The notes under the pieces: model-generated
What the model saw: the letters and a program-made list of their open reading frames with translations, nothing else
What the model was told of the DNA's origin: nothing
Databases searched by the model: none
Program-made: the position numbers and the translations under genes
In this document: piece by piece, positions 7,499 through 16,460 of the stretch
Layout of the letters: each line of letters begins with the position of its first letter
Numbering within the stretch: the first letter of the stretch is position 1
Origin: a virus
Lineage: Duplodnaviria > Caudoviricetes
Length of the DNA stretch: 24,356 bases
IMG/VR virus record: IMGVR_UViG_3300020045_020342
Span: 1 to 24,356 of that record
Reading direction: 5' to 3' (one strand)

Positions 7499-7788
7499 TG
7501 TACTTGTATGTTGTTTAACCAGGCTTCCAAATCGGGTTTGTAGTATTCAATTTTTTTACCAGCACTTTTACGCCAGCGTATGGCGCCTACCTGCTTACCA
7601 TCTTTATCCAGGTGTTTGCGTATATCACGCATGCGGCGTGGCTTAATATTCAACATAGCACAGGCCATGTTTTGGGCCACCCAGTTACCCACAATATTTT
7701 TACCGCATATCAGCTTGCGCATTTCGGCAAACTCTTTTCGCATTTCTATACGCAGGTTTTTTACTTCTGTTTCTATTATCGTTGACAT
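7495..7788 (-). CDS. Excisionase-like / winged-helix DNA-binding protein
   Basis: WVAQNMACAMLNIKPRRMRDIR ... IRWRK ... IEYYKPDLEAWL, an Xis/HTH_17-like pattern. Confidence 0.6.
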   Translation of the reverse strand: MSTIIETEVKNLRIEMRKEFAEMRKLICGKNIVGNWVAQNMACAMLNIKPRRMRDIRKHLDKDGKQVGAIRWRKSAGKKIEYYKPDLEAWLNNIQVQ

Positions 7789-8141
7789 AGGGTATCGGTT
7801 GCGGGTAAGCTGGTTAATAAAGTGCTTATATGCTTTACATTACCTTCCTGCTGCTGGGCAAGCTTGCAGGCGCTTTCAATGGTTATGACACCCATGCAAT
7901 GCAGTAGCATAATTAAGTGCTGCATGTTGTGGCCATCAAAACCTACATAAGTATTTTTAAGTTTGTAATCGCCAAGGCTATTTTGTTCCTGCATTTCAAT
8001 GCGGTTTTGCCAAAACTGTAGGGCAATTTTTTCCCGGCGCCATATCATGCCATCGTGCATGCCTTTAATATCTAACTGATGAAAGCCGTTTAAATCCAGA
8101 TACTCTGAAACTTCGTGGCTAAAGAATGGTTTGTTCTGCAT
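7776..8141 (-). CDS. Hypothetical protein
   Basis: ORF directly downstream of the Cro-like gene. Confidence 0.7.
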   Translation of the reverse strand: MQNKPFFSHEVSEYLDLNGFHQLDIKGMHDGMIWRREKIALQFWQNRIEMQEQNSLGDYKLKNTYVGFDGHNMQHLIMLLHCMGVITIESACKLAQQQEGNVKHISTLLTSLPATDTLCQR

Positions 8142-8152
8142 TGGTTTTGGTT

Positions 8153-8365
8153 TTATTGGGTAATAGGTTCTTTTTCTATAATCTCATCTTCAGTAAGGCC
8201 GGTTATTTCTTTAATGCTTTTTAAAGCCTGGTACTTTGTTAACACATCACTATTCCTGTTTATCGCATTAATAACAGCCTGTTCACTTACACCGGTATCA
8301 TAAGCTATCTTAACCCTGTTTTGAACAGTGTTAATCATCTTTAATACCTTTTCATTAATTTTCAT
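8153..8365 (-). CDS. Cro-like HTH regulator
   Basis: 70 aa, RVKIAYDTGVSEQAVINAINRN, divergent from the CI-like gene. Confidence 0.75.
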   Translation of the reverse strand: MKINEKVLKMINTVQNRVKIAYDTGVSEQAVINAINRNSDVLTKYQALKSIKEITGLTEDEIIEKEPITQ

Positions 8366-8423
8366 TTTGTTGCTTTTTAAGTCATACCACTTTTAGGGTA
8401 TTGCGGTTTATTATTTTATGCCG

Positions 8424-8431
8424 TACATTTG
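8424..8431 (+). promoter_or_regulatory. Bacteroidota -7 promoter element TAnnTTTG (TACATTTG) upstream of the repressor
   Basis: Consensus match about 90 bp upstream of ATG 8524. Confidence 0.45.
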
Positions 8432-8450
8432 TAATAACAATTCAAAATAA

Positions 8451-8496
8451 TGTAAGATTTCTGACATTTCAAAATATTATTGTAAGATTTTTTACA
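8451..8496. promoter_or_regulatory. Two 16-bp imperfect palindromic operators
   Basis: TGTAAGATTTCTGACA (8451-8466) and TGTAAGATTTTTTACA (8481-8496), 30 bp apart, between divergent regulators. Confidence 0.75.
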
Positions 8497-8523
8497 TTTA
8501 ATTATACACATTATGTTAATAAC

Positions 8524-9087
8524 ATGACATTAGACATAAAAAAAATTAGAAAAAAACACCGTTTAACTCAAGAGCAGATTGCAGAGAAATTGGGTATTAC
8601 CAGGCAGTTAGTAATTGCAATTGAAAAGGGCCAACAAATGAGTAAAGTAGTTGAAAAGGCGTTGGAAAATTTTGATAAAGCCGAGATTATACCTAATATG
8701 GCTCAAGAACCACAAGCAGTATACGAAAGACACAACCACATTAGCACCGAAACCCTGGAGGAAAAAATACTTAATGATTACAAAGCTTTAAAAAGCATTG
8801 CAGAAAGCAACCGCATTTTAGCAGAGGCACAAAAAATTGCCGCAGAAAGTGGTAAAATACTTGCTGAATCGCAAAAGCAATTGGTTAATACCAATGCCGA
8901 ACTTGTATCTCTTTATAAACACAGTGCTACTGGCAATGCTGATGAAGGTAAATCTGCAGACGTTCAATCCAAACTTGATACTCTTCTGGAAGCGATAGCC
9001 GAAGTGGCTGCGGGCAAGAAGTTTCATTCAAAACAGGAAGCCCTTGCCACAATAGGCAAAAAGTTTTATGAGCGTTCTGGTTCTTAA
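8524..9087 (+). CDS. CI-like XRE-family repressor without a peptidase S24 domain
   Basis: MTLDIKKIRKKHRLTQEQIAEKLGITRQLVIAIEKG HTH; C-terminal heptad repeats. ATG 8524 preferred over 8401. Confidence 0.85.
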   Translation: MTLDIKKIRKKHRLTQEQIAEKLGITRQLVIAIEKGQQMSKVVEKALENFDKAEIIPNMAQEPQAVYERHNHISTETLEEKILNDYKALKSIAESNRILAEAQKIAAESGKILAESQKQLVNTNAELVSLYKHSATGNADEGKSADVQSKLDTLLEAIAEVAAGKKFHSKQEALATIGKKFYERSGS

Positions 9088-9226
9088 TATTTACGGGGCA
9101 CTCCCACTGGTGTACACAAGATGCACATGTAGTGGACATTTGTTTCTTCATAACAGTAAGGGTTAAGGGTAAAGAAATTAAGGGATAGCAAAATATATAA
9201 CATATTGTTAATAAAAAAATAAAATA

Positions 9227-9655
9227 ATGGCATCCAAAAAAAAAATTAAAATGGATGGCTGGGCATGGGCCAGTGTGGTATTGGCGATTGCATTAATTTC
9301 ATTTATATGCTACGATCAGTTTTATAGAAAACCTTCTACAAAATATAGCCATAACTCTTTAACAGAAATTAATATATCGGCCGATATCTATGCAATGGCT
9401 TACAGAAACAACAGCATAGCAGCCGATGCAGTTTATTTAGGCAAACCGCTTACAGTAACCGGCCAGGTGGCACGTATTGGTAAAGATGCCAACAATAAAA
9501 TTTACATAGCCCTGCACATTGATACCGGCGATGATGTGTATTGCTATACAAGCGATGAAAATTTTGCTATGCAATTGCAACCCGGCAGCCAAATAAGCTT
9601 TGCAGGCACTGGCGGCGGCAATTCAATTGTAGGCCCAATTATAAATAGTAAGTAA
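9227..9655 (+). CDS. Membrane-anchored OB-fold (tRNA_anti-like) protein
   Basis: N-terminal TM, then AYRNNSIAADAVYLGKPLTVTGQVARI. Confidence 0.7.
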   Translation: MASKKKIKMDGWAWASVVLAIALISFICYDQFYRKPSTKYSHNSLTEINISADIYAMAYRNNSIAADAVYLGKPLTVTGQVARIGKDANNKIYIALHIDTGDDVYCYTSDENFAMQLQPGSQISFAGTGGGNSIVGPIINSK

Positions 9656-9677
9656 CCAATTATAAAATAGCGTGTTT

Positions 9678-9907
9678 TGCAACACCACAAAAATGTAACT
9701 TATTGAGCGGTATTGTGTTGGCATTAGGCTGGTTAGTCCCAGCCAGTTCACTTAAAACAACACAATAAAACTCAATAGGAATGCGGTAACTCGTGTTCCT
9801 ATTGCATTTTAGGGAAGTGGGCGAATATAGTTTTAGCGGTATTATGCGGCAATAAACGGCACTTAACAACGTATAATGCAACACCTATGCGACACCCTTG
9901 CAACACC
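9678..9907. other. Putative attP region with arm-type repeats
   Basis: TGCRACACC at 9678, 9877, 9888 and 9899. Hairpins at 9727-9744 and 9773-9804. Adjacent to the integrase. Confidence 0.65.
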
Positions 9908-9927
9908 CCTACCTAAAATTTTATTGT

Positions 9928-11064
9928 ATGCAAAAGATTTCCATTATTGCCCAGCCAAAAAAGAAACAAGCAACCGATACAATGGCGGTTATTATTATCA
10001 GGGGTTTTTACAACCGTAAGCCAGTAGCCAGTGTAAGCACCGGGCATAAAATATTACTTGATCATTGGGATCAGGTGCAGCGATCTGTTATTAAATCGGC
10101 CCCCAACGCATCGTTAATAAACAGCTGTATAAAAATGAAAATACAGGATATGGAAGCCACACTGATGAAACAGGAAATTTGCGGCCACACCATTAACCGG
10201 CAGCTGCTGTACAAAGCCGTAAAAGGACTTAATGAAAGCACCGATTTTTTACAATTTTGCCGTGATCGTATAAAACAGGATTACGAAAACAAAGCCACCC
10301 GAAACTGCTACAACAGCGAAATTACCAAAATGGAAGGCTACCGGCCGGTAGTAAGTTTTTCGGATATCGATACCAATTTTTTACAAGGGTATAAAAATTA
10401 CATGAAAAAAGATCTGCTTAATGCAGATAACACCGTTTGGAAAACATTGAAGTTTATAAATGCCATGATCAACAAGGCCATCAACACCGGCGGCATTATT
10501 AACGAAAACCCGTTTAAGTATTTTAACAGGGGCAATTACGTGCAACCTGCAAAACAGGGTTTATCCATAGCCCACTGCGATGCCATTGAAGCTATGGCCC
10601 TGGCTGATGATTGTACGCCCGTTATCCGGATGGTGGCTTACCGGTTTTTATTAATGGCATACAGCGGCATGCGCTGGGCCGATGCTGAAACCTTTAACCC
10701 GGCCGATCATGTGCAGGGCGGCCACATAATTATGCAGTACCAAAAATGCAAAACAGATGTAAATAATAAAATGCACACACGCCTGCAGCGCATTGTTGAT
10801 ATTATACACCTGTACCCGCTAAACATAAGCAACCAAAAATTTAACCAGTACCTAAAGCTGGTGGCCATGCATTGCAAAATACCCTTTAATTTAAGCAGCC
10901 ATGTTGGCCGGCACACCATGGGCAGCCTGCTGGCACAGATGGAAATACCGCAAGATCAGGCGGCCATTATTATGGGCCACCGTGATCGCAAAAGCACAGC
11001 CATATACTACCACCATCACATAACCAATATAGATAAATCGCTGGAAAAATTAAACAGCCTGTAA
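9928..11064 (+). CDS. int: Tyrosine integrase
   Basis: N-terminal arm-binding region (STGHKI...W), SAM-like core, catalytic SGMRWAD, K, HVGRHT, MGH, TAIYY. Confidence 0.95.
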   Translation: MQKISIIAQPKKKQATDTMAVIIIRGFYNRKPVASVSTGHKILLDHWDQVQRSVIKSAPNASLINSCIKMKIQDMEATLMKQEICGHTINRQLLYKAVKGLNESTDFLQFCRDRIKQDYENKATRNCYNSEITKMEGYRPVVSFSDIDTNFLQGYKNYMKKDLLNADNTVWKTLKFINAMINKAINTGGIINENPFKYFNRGNYVQPAKQGLSIAHCDAIEAMALADDCTPVIRMVAYRFLLMAYSGMRWADAETFNPADHVQGGHIIMQYQKCKTDVNNKMHTRLQRIVDIIHLYPLNISNQKFNQYLKLVAMHCKIPFNLSSHVGRHTMGSLLAQMEIPQDQAAIIMGHRDRKSTAIYYHHHITNIDKSLEKLNSL

Positions 11065-11065
11065 T

Positions 11066-11097
11066 AAAAAAGCCCCGCATTTCTGCTAAGGGCTAAA
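11066..11097. terminator. Hairpin between convergent int and late operon
   Basis: AAAAA-AGCCC...GGGCT; the A-run gives a U tail on the minus strand. Confidence 0.5.
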
Positions 11098-11122
11098 CCA
11101 AACCAACAGGTTTTATAGGGTA

Positions 11123-11320
11123 TTAGTTCCAGGTATCTAAGGCTTCCAGGTGTGGTATATATTTTTCACGGTTGCGGCTGTTGTATAGGTTTTTACGTGT
11201 CATAAAATACCGGCAAATATCTTTAGCGCTACGCCGGTACCTGGCAATCATGCTAACATCTGCCTCGGTAACCGTTACATCCGCATCGGCCATAAATTCT
11301 ATAATTTCCAGCGTGCTCAT
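11123..11320 (-). CDS. Hypothetical protein (65 aa)
   Basis: Start overlaps the endolysin stop. Confidence 0.6.
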   Translation of the reverse strand: MSTLEIIEFMADADVTVTEADVSMIARYRRSAKDICRYFMTRKNLYNSRNREKYIPHLEALDTWN

Positions 11321-11952
11321 TATATGGTTATCAATTCATCATGCGCATATTGCCGCAGGCTGTTTCTAACCAGGGCAGCTTCCTTTTCACGCCGGGCTAC
11401 CAGCCCATTATCCCAAAGCCGTTTCATACTATCCAGCTGTTCGGCTATGCCTGTATAATCTTTATCTGCAACCAGTGGTATAATGGTTTTCATTTCGGTA
11501 CGCCTATCGCCCTGCAGGTTGGTGCCACGGTTATACACAAGGCTTACAATGGCACCTACAGCATCGGGCGTTAATTCATTTAGGCCCGGGTAAACCTGTA
11601 AAGCCATGCGGCCATATTTAGGTAGCGATATTTTTACAAAAACATTATATGCCGCCTGGTATGGTACACTTATTTGTGCAGCAAGCTTATTGCCCAGCAT
11701 TGCCAGTTGTGCTTTTTTACCACGCAGGCCGGCAAACATTTTAAGTATACTTACCTGGTGGGCACCAATCTCTAATATCCAGTCGTTTTCTATACTTTGG
11801 CTGCTTTGGTAGCCCAAATCGTAACCAATGCCAATGGTAACACCACTTTCGCCACCAGGCCACACTAACCCGGTATATTTTTTATTATACACGGTAACAC
11901 TGCTAACCTCTTCGCCTATTATAAGTTCAACAGCTTTTTTAGATATTATCAT
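11320..11952 (-). CDS. Endolysin, lysozyme-like fold
   Basis: EE...WPGGESGVTIGIGYDLG, SLVYNRG, GLVARREKEA. Confidence 0.85.
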   Translation of the reverse strand: MIISKKAVELIIGEEVSSVTVYNKKYTGLVWPGGESGVTIGIGYDLGYQSSQSIENDWILEIGAHQVSILKMFAGLRGKKAQLAMLGNKLAAQISVPYQAAYNVFVKISLPKYGRMALQVYPGLNELTPDAVGAIVSLVYNRGTNLQGDRRTEMKTIIPLVADKDYTGIAEQLDSMKRLWDNGLVARREKEAALVRNSLRQYAHDELITI

Positions 11953-12683
11953 GGTTTGGGTTTTTTATAAATTATCGGGTACTCATCACGGTTTCTTCGT
12001 TTTATAAATGCAAAAAGCCAACGCCACCAACCAAAGTACCAACCAATGCCGTACACACCGGCGCATACTATACCTATCCACAACCAACCCCAATAACTTG
12101 TAGTTTGCTTATGCTTATTTGTGGCCGTTATTTCGGTGGTAATAATTGTTTTACCTGCACTGGTATCAATTCCTTTTTTAGTATCGGTAATGGCCAGCCT
12201 GGTATCGGTAGCCTGTGTTGTACGGGTACTATCCTGCTTTTTTTTGCTGCCGGTTTCTTTGTAGTTTATATTTTTAATATTGCCTTTGGCTTCTATACTG
12301 CCATCGGGGTTAAATTTTAAACTGGCCGCATCGTTTGTTTTTACTTTTGTACCATTAACAGTGGTATCTAAAGGTTTGCCGGTATACTCTTCGGCGGTAC
12401 CATTGCCGCCCAGGTTAAATTCAATGTTAAATTCTTTTTTTGTTTCGGTTTCTTCAACAGATCCGGCGGCAGTTTCAGTTTTTATTTGCTGCTGCACATC
12501 GGTTTTTTTACTGGCCGTGGTATCAATACCTTTTTTTTGTTCGGTGGTAACGGTCGTTTTTTCTTTGTAGGTGCTTTTGGTTTTATTGCTGGTGCTGCAT
12601 CCTGTAAAAGCAATCAATAAAATTGCCAGGGCAATTACTATTAATACACCGTAGCCAATAAATATTTTTGTTGATAGTTTCAT
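11949..12683 (-). CDS. Lipoprotein with C-terminal TM; candidate unimolecular spanin
   Basis: Lipobox LIAFTG-C, Thr-rich periplasmic region, C-terminal TM with basic tail, next to the endolysin. Confidence 0.7.
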   Translation of the reverse strand: MKLSTKIFIGYGVLIVIALAILLIAFTGCSTSNKTKSTYKEKTTVTTEQKKGIDTTASKKTDVQQQIKTETAAGSVEETETKKEFNIEFNLGGNGTAEEYTGKPLDTTVNGTKVKTNDAASLKFNPDGSIEAKGNIKNINYKETGSKKKQDSTRTTQATDTRLAITDTKKGIDTSAGKTIITTEITATNKHKQTTSYWGWLWIGIVCAGVYGIGWYFGWWRWLFAFIKRRNRDEYPIIYKKPKP

Positions 12684-12689
12684 GATCAG

Positions 12690-12977
12690 TTATTTTTCAT
12701 CGGTAGCATCTACCACTGTTTCAGTTTTAGTAAGTGTTACACTTTCAGTTTTGGTATCTTCTGTAGCATACACTTCGCCATTACTTAAAATGGTATCCAG
12801 TAAATTCATAAGGTAACTTTCCCCTATTTTTATTAAAAGCATTACCATGCTTTCGCCGCTATAGCCCATTGCCAAAAGGCACAGCATAACGGTGTTCATT
12901 GTAAGTGCCGATATTTTTTTTGTTAATCTAAACCAGCGTGGGGCTGGTTTTTTATAACCGTCTTTTACTATTGCCAT
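12690..12977 (-). CDS. Putative holin
   Basis: 95 aa, hydrophobic segments, charged C-terminus, in the lysis cassette. Confidence 0.5.
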   Translation of the reverse strand: MAIVKDGYKKPAPRWFRLTKKISALTMNTVMLCLLAMGYSGESMVMLLIKIGESYLMNLLDTILSNGEVYATEDTKTESVTLTKTETVVDATDEK

Positions 12978-12982
12978 GCTAT

Positions 12983-13288
12983 TTATTTTTTTACTTTAAA
13001 TTGGTTTTTATCGGGCATTATTGCTTCCAAATAAATTATTTTACCGCCCAGCCGGGTTTGCTCATTTCTTATAAATTCATGGCTGGCTTTAAGTTCTTTT
13101 ATATCGGCAATAATATTAATGATAGCTGCCGTTTGCGTTTCATCAATTTTTGGCTGCAACAGCAGAGCGTTGTAAATTTTAACCTGGTAGCTGCCAAACC
13201 AAATAATGGCAGTAGTGCAAATGGTTGCCGCTGCTGTGCTTAGCTTATTCCAAAATGTTGATTTTTTTTCGTGCTGCTGTGCTGTCAT
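12983..13288 (-). CDS. Single-TM coiled-coil protein, holin/antiholin-like
   Basis: TM AAATICTTAIIWFG followed by a coiled coil; first gene of the lysis cassette. Confidence 0.5.
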   Translation of the reverse strand: MTAQQHEKKSTFWNKLSTAAATICTTAIIWFGSYQVKIYNALLLQPKIDETQTAAIINIIADIKELKASHEFIRNEQTRLGGKIIYLEAIMPDKNQFKVKK

Positions 13289-13327
13289 TTTTATAAGTTT
13301 CTTTTTAATTTATTAGGGCTTTTACCG

Positions 13328-14185
13328 TTATTGCACCCCCCTGCCGAGTGCGTCTTGAAACCTCTCAACTATTGTATTTAATGTTAGCATCTGTGCAGCC
13401 GATAAACCGAGCCCGATAGTCGCAAATGCACATTCCCTGTTTGAGAAAAACCCTGCCGTTCCTGATGTATTTCTTGCTCCGATATAAATTTCATAATCGT
13501 TAAGCAACCCTGCTGCCGTACCTGTTAACTGTGTTGTATTTCTTTGCCCAATCATGGCATTACTTGCAATTCTACTTGCTATAAAATATCCGCTGGCATC
13601 TGTATTCGATGCTGTAATAAATCCACCATTCACCGAATTTGGTTCAAAGTACATACCATCCGAAAATCTTAATATCAGCTGGTTCTCTCTGCTGGTAGTT
13701 CCAAAGCATCCCATTTCAATCATGCTTTCACCGCTGCTACCAACTGTTCTTGAATAGTAACTTATATGTGAACTATCATTCATCCCATTGGTAAATGGTA
13801 TATAAAATGTTTGAGCATAACCTGTTGAACCGTTAGGTAAAGCACCTGTACCCGAGTGTGTCCAGCCACCATTAAATACCAATCTGAAATTAGCATCTGC
13901 ATCTACAGGCGATTTTAAATTCCATTTATGAGTGGATGCCGTACCTCCTATCATTGGATATATCGCCTGCATTGATGCCCATAAGGAACTATCCTTTAAA
14001 TCTGTTACAAGCCCACAAATTGCAGATGAATCAGTACCGGTTAAACCGAGTAGAGTAATAAACGCAGCCGCATCTGTGTCGCACGAAGATGAGCCTCCCC
14101 CTTTCTTTGCAATAAGTTTAAACATCGGAGATTGAGCCGATGCAAAAACAGGGATAAGAAATAGTATCAATAAGAATTTACGCAT
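13328..14185 (-). CDS. Signal-peptide protein with LamG/ConA-like beta-sandwich
   Basis: MRKFLLILFLIPVFASA-Q; NGSTGYAQT, IYIGARN, GLSAAQMLTL. Confidence 0.65.
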   Translation of the reverse strand: MRKFLLILFLIPVFASAQSPMFKLIAKKGGGSSSCDTDAAAFITLLGLTGTDSSAICGLVTDLKDSSLWASMQAIYPMIGGTASTHKWNLKSPVDADANFRLVFNGGWTHSGTGALPNGSTGYAQTFYIPFTNGMNDSSHISYYSRTVGSSGESMIEMGCFGTTSRENQLILRFSDGMYFEPNSVNGGFITASNTDASGYFIASRIASNAMIGQRNTTQLTGTAAGLLNDYEIYIGARNTSGTAGFFSNRECAFATIGLGLSAAQMLTLNTIVERFQDALGRGVQ

Positions 14186-16458
14186 ACCCATTTGTTATTT
14201 CCGTAAGAAGATGTTGTGTAATACTGTAATACAACAGTTAGCGTAGATGTTGTTACTGTGGTTGTTGGTAATGAAACAGAACTGCTTACAAATGATGCTC
14301 CCCATGTGATCGCCCTTGTTGCAGTTCCGGTTATTTGAATTTCCAGTATATCGCCGTCTACTGGCGTACCTGATAAATTTGTGGTCATGCTGGTTATATC
14401 AGCAGCTAATGCAGTCAATTTGTAAATATCAACGTTATCAGTATTTATCGTTGGGGTTGCACTGCTTGTTGTACTACCTACTCTTGCTGTCCATCTACCT
14501 GTAGTTGCGCCGTTTGCTGCCACTGGCCCTGCTGTGGATGCTATCCATGCTGTTGATGTAATACCCGATAAAAGTAATTCCTGGTATTGTGTCTTTAATA
14601 ATACGCTGCCAACCCCATTAATTGTATTGCCACCTGCTGCTGCTAATGTCACTGTATTTGCAGTTGCATCTGTTCTTACAATAGATACCTGCTTACCTAC
14701 AGTTGCAACATCTGCTGCGTAAAGTGAAAGGGTAATATTACCGCTTGTTGCATCTACATAATATTTATTTGTGTTAATATCTGCTGATGCATTTGCTGTA
14801 ATTGTTCTGTTTAAAACATTGCTATTATTATCTAATAATAATGGATTTGGCGCACCAAATATTTCAGGGCAACGCAGCCTTACTAAGTTTGCAATAATCA
14901 TATTACCCCTATCGTTAGGATGAATATCAAAAGCATCTAAAGAACCAATTAATGTAGCACCTGGATCTATTAGTTTTACATTTTTTCTTGCACACACATT
15001 TATAAATGCCGTATCGTAACCAAACCCAGTTGGTGGTAGCTTTAAAACGATTGGCACAATTGCCGGCACATGATTTTGTAACGTATCTATAACCCTTGTT
15101 AAGTTTGCGCTGAATAATACAGAACCGGAAGAATTTCCAATATCATTCCAACCTATTTCAATCAATGCATATTTGGGGTTTGTCGCAAATACTTCCCCCA
15201 TCCTTAATAATAACTCATCCGTTCTATCACTGGCTCCTGCAAAAACAGCGTAGGTTTTTCCTGTACCATTAAAAAGTTTATTTGTAAAAGTATTCTGCGG
15301 TGTTGAGGTGTTATATCCAGAAAGAACACTGTTACCAATACATACCATATCTATATTCTTATAAGAATTTATTTCAACTTTCATTTTATGAATAGCATAT
15401 ACACCAGCCGGGCTACTGCCAATTGTGCCATAACAATAATATCCTGTGTTTGCTACTTGTGGGTTACTGCCAATAACCATAGTGTATGTATAAGGAATTG
15501 AAATGCGTTCAATAACGCTTTTATTATAAGATAACGTAGTATCTATGCGGCTAAAATCAACCTGTATAGTTGGTGAATTAAAACTGATTTCTATACGGTA
15601 GTTTGCACCGTTAGTCATAGCTATACTCGCAGGCGTATATATAGGAGTACTGGCAACTAAAGTTTCGGTTGAGAAACCACCAATAGCATATAAATTTATT
15701 GTCCAGTTGCTTGCATCTACATACACCGCCCTTGCCACAACAGAACTTCTACTAAAACTATTGGCACTTAATTTTCCTAAAAACAACCCCTCTGTTGTTG
15801 CCGTTGGTTTTGTTGTTAATGTAAACTCTGTTGTTAGTTTATAACTTGTAGCCGCAGAAACTAAACCATAATTTGTAAAATTATTAAAGTAACCAGTGCC
15901 ACCAGAAACGCTATGGTTTAAAGTTGTATCAACCATGTAGCCATAGGTCTGTAAAGTGTCCTTTTTATTATTTATCTGCGTTTGTAATAAACCGTTAACG
16001 CCACTTAAATAACCTATTTCTGTTGCCGTAGTTGCAGAATGTGTAGGCACTCCGTTAGCATCCGAAATTAAAGCCCTGCTGGCTGTTATAGCAGCAGCGG
16101 CACTTATTGATGTACCTAAAGATGCATAATAACCTAACCTGTATTGTGCACCACTATTAACCGTGCCGCTACCACCACCGCCACCCGTGCTATCTTTAAA
16201 AGCAAAAGTTTCAGTACCTGCTTTTACATAAAAAACACTATCGGCCCGGCGGTAAAAACTGGTTACACCAACTTTACTTAAGGCATTAATATTGCCTTGC
16301 AAAATGCGGTTAAGTTTTGTAGCGGTAATACCACCTACAGCATTGGGCACTATATCAGTGTTAATGGCTGTACGCAGGGCCGCAGTATCGTTTATGGTTT
16401 GCGCCCTGGCAGCTGTGGCAAACAATACAATAAATAAAAAGGCAAGTATTTTTTTCAT
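14167..16458 (-). CDS. Large tail-associated protein with signal peptide and SGNH/GDSL esterase domain
   Basis: MKKILAFLFIVLFATAARA-Q; SGNH blocks CIGNSV, G, EIGWND, DIHPNDRG; fibre-like T/G/S-rich flanks. Confidence 0.75.
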   Translation of the reverse strand: MKKILAFLFIVLFATAARAQTINDTAALRTAINTDIVPNAVGGITATKLNRILQGNINALSKVGVTSFYRRADSVFYVKAGTETFAFKDSTGGGGGSGTVNSGAQYRLGYYASLGTSISAAAAITASRALISDANGVPTHSATTATEIGYLSGVNGLLQTQINNKKDTLQTYGYMVDTTLNHSVSGGTGYFNNFTNYGLVSAATSYKLTTEFTLTTKPTATTEGLFLGKLSANSFSRSSVVARAVYVDASNWTINLYAIGGFSTETLVASTPIYTPASIAMTNGANYRIEISFNSPTIQVDFSRIDTTLSYNKSVIERISIPYTYTMVIGSNPQVANTGYYCYGTIGSSPAGVYAIHKMKVEINSYKNIDMVCIGNSVLSGYNTSTPQNTFTNKLFNGTGKTYAVFAGASDRTDELLLRMGEVFATNPKYALIEIGWNDIGNSSGSVLFSANLTRVIDTLQNHVPAIVPIVLKLPPTGFGYDTAFINVCARKNVKLIDPGATLIGSLDAFDIHPNDRGNMIIANLVRLRCPEIFGAPNPLLLDNNSNVLNRTITANASADINTNKYYVDATSGNITLSLYAADVATVGKQVSIVRTDATANTVTLAAAGGNTINGVGSVLLKTQYQELLLSGITSTAWIASTAGPVAANGATTGRWTARVGSTTSSATPTINTDNVDIYKLTALAADITSMTTNLSGTPVDGDILEIQITGTATRAITWGASFVSSSVSLPTTTVTTSTLTVVLQYYTTSSYGNNKWVCVNSY

Positions 16459-16460
16459 AA

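Noticed and set aside
4391-8152. Recurrent AAAACCAA motif before early genes as a special regulator site
   Set aside because: It also occurs before late genes and is consistent with ordinary A/C-rich Bacteroidota translation initiation regions.
9715-9760. A complete tRNA gene
   Set aside because: No D-arm, anticodon arm or GTTC loop. At most a 3' fragment used as an att core.
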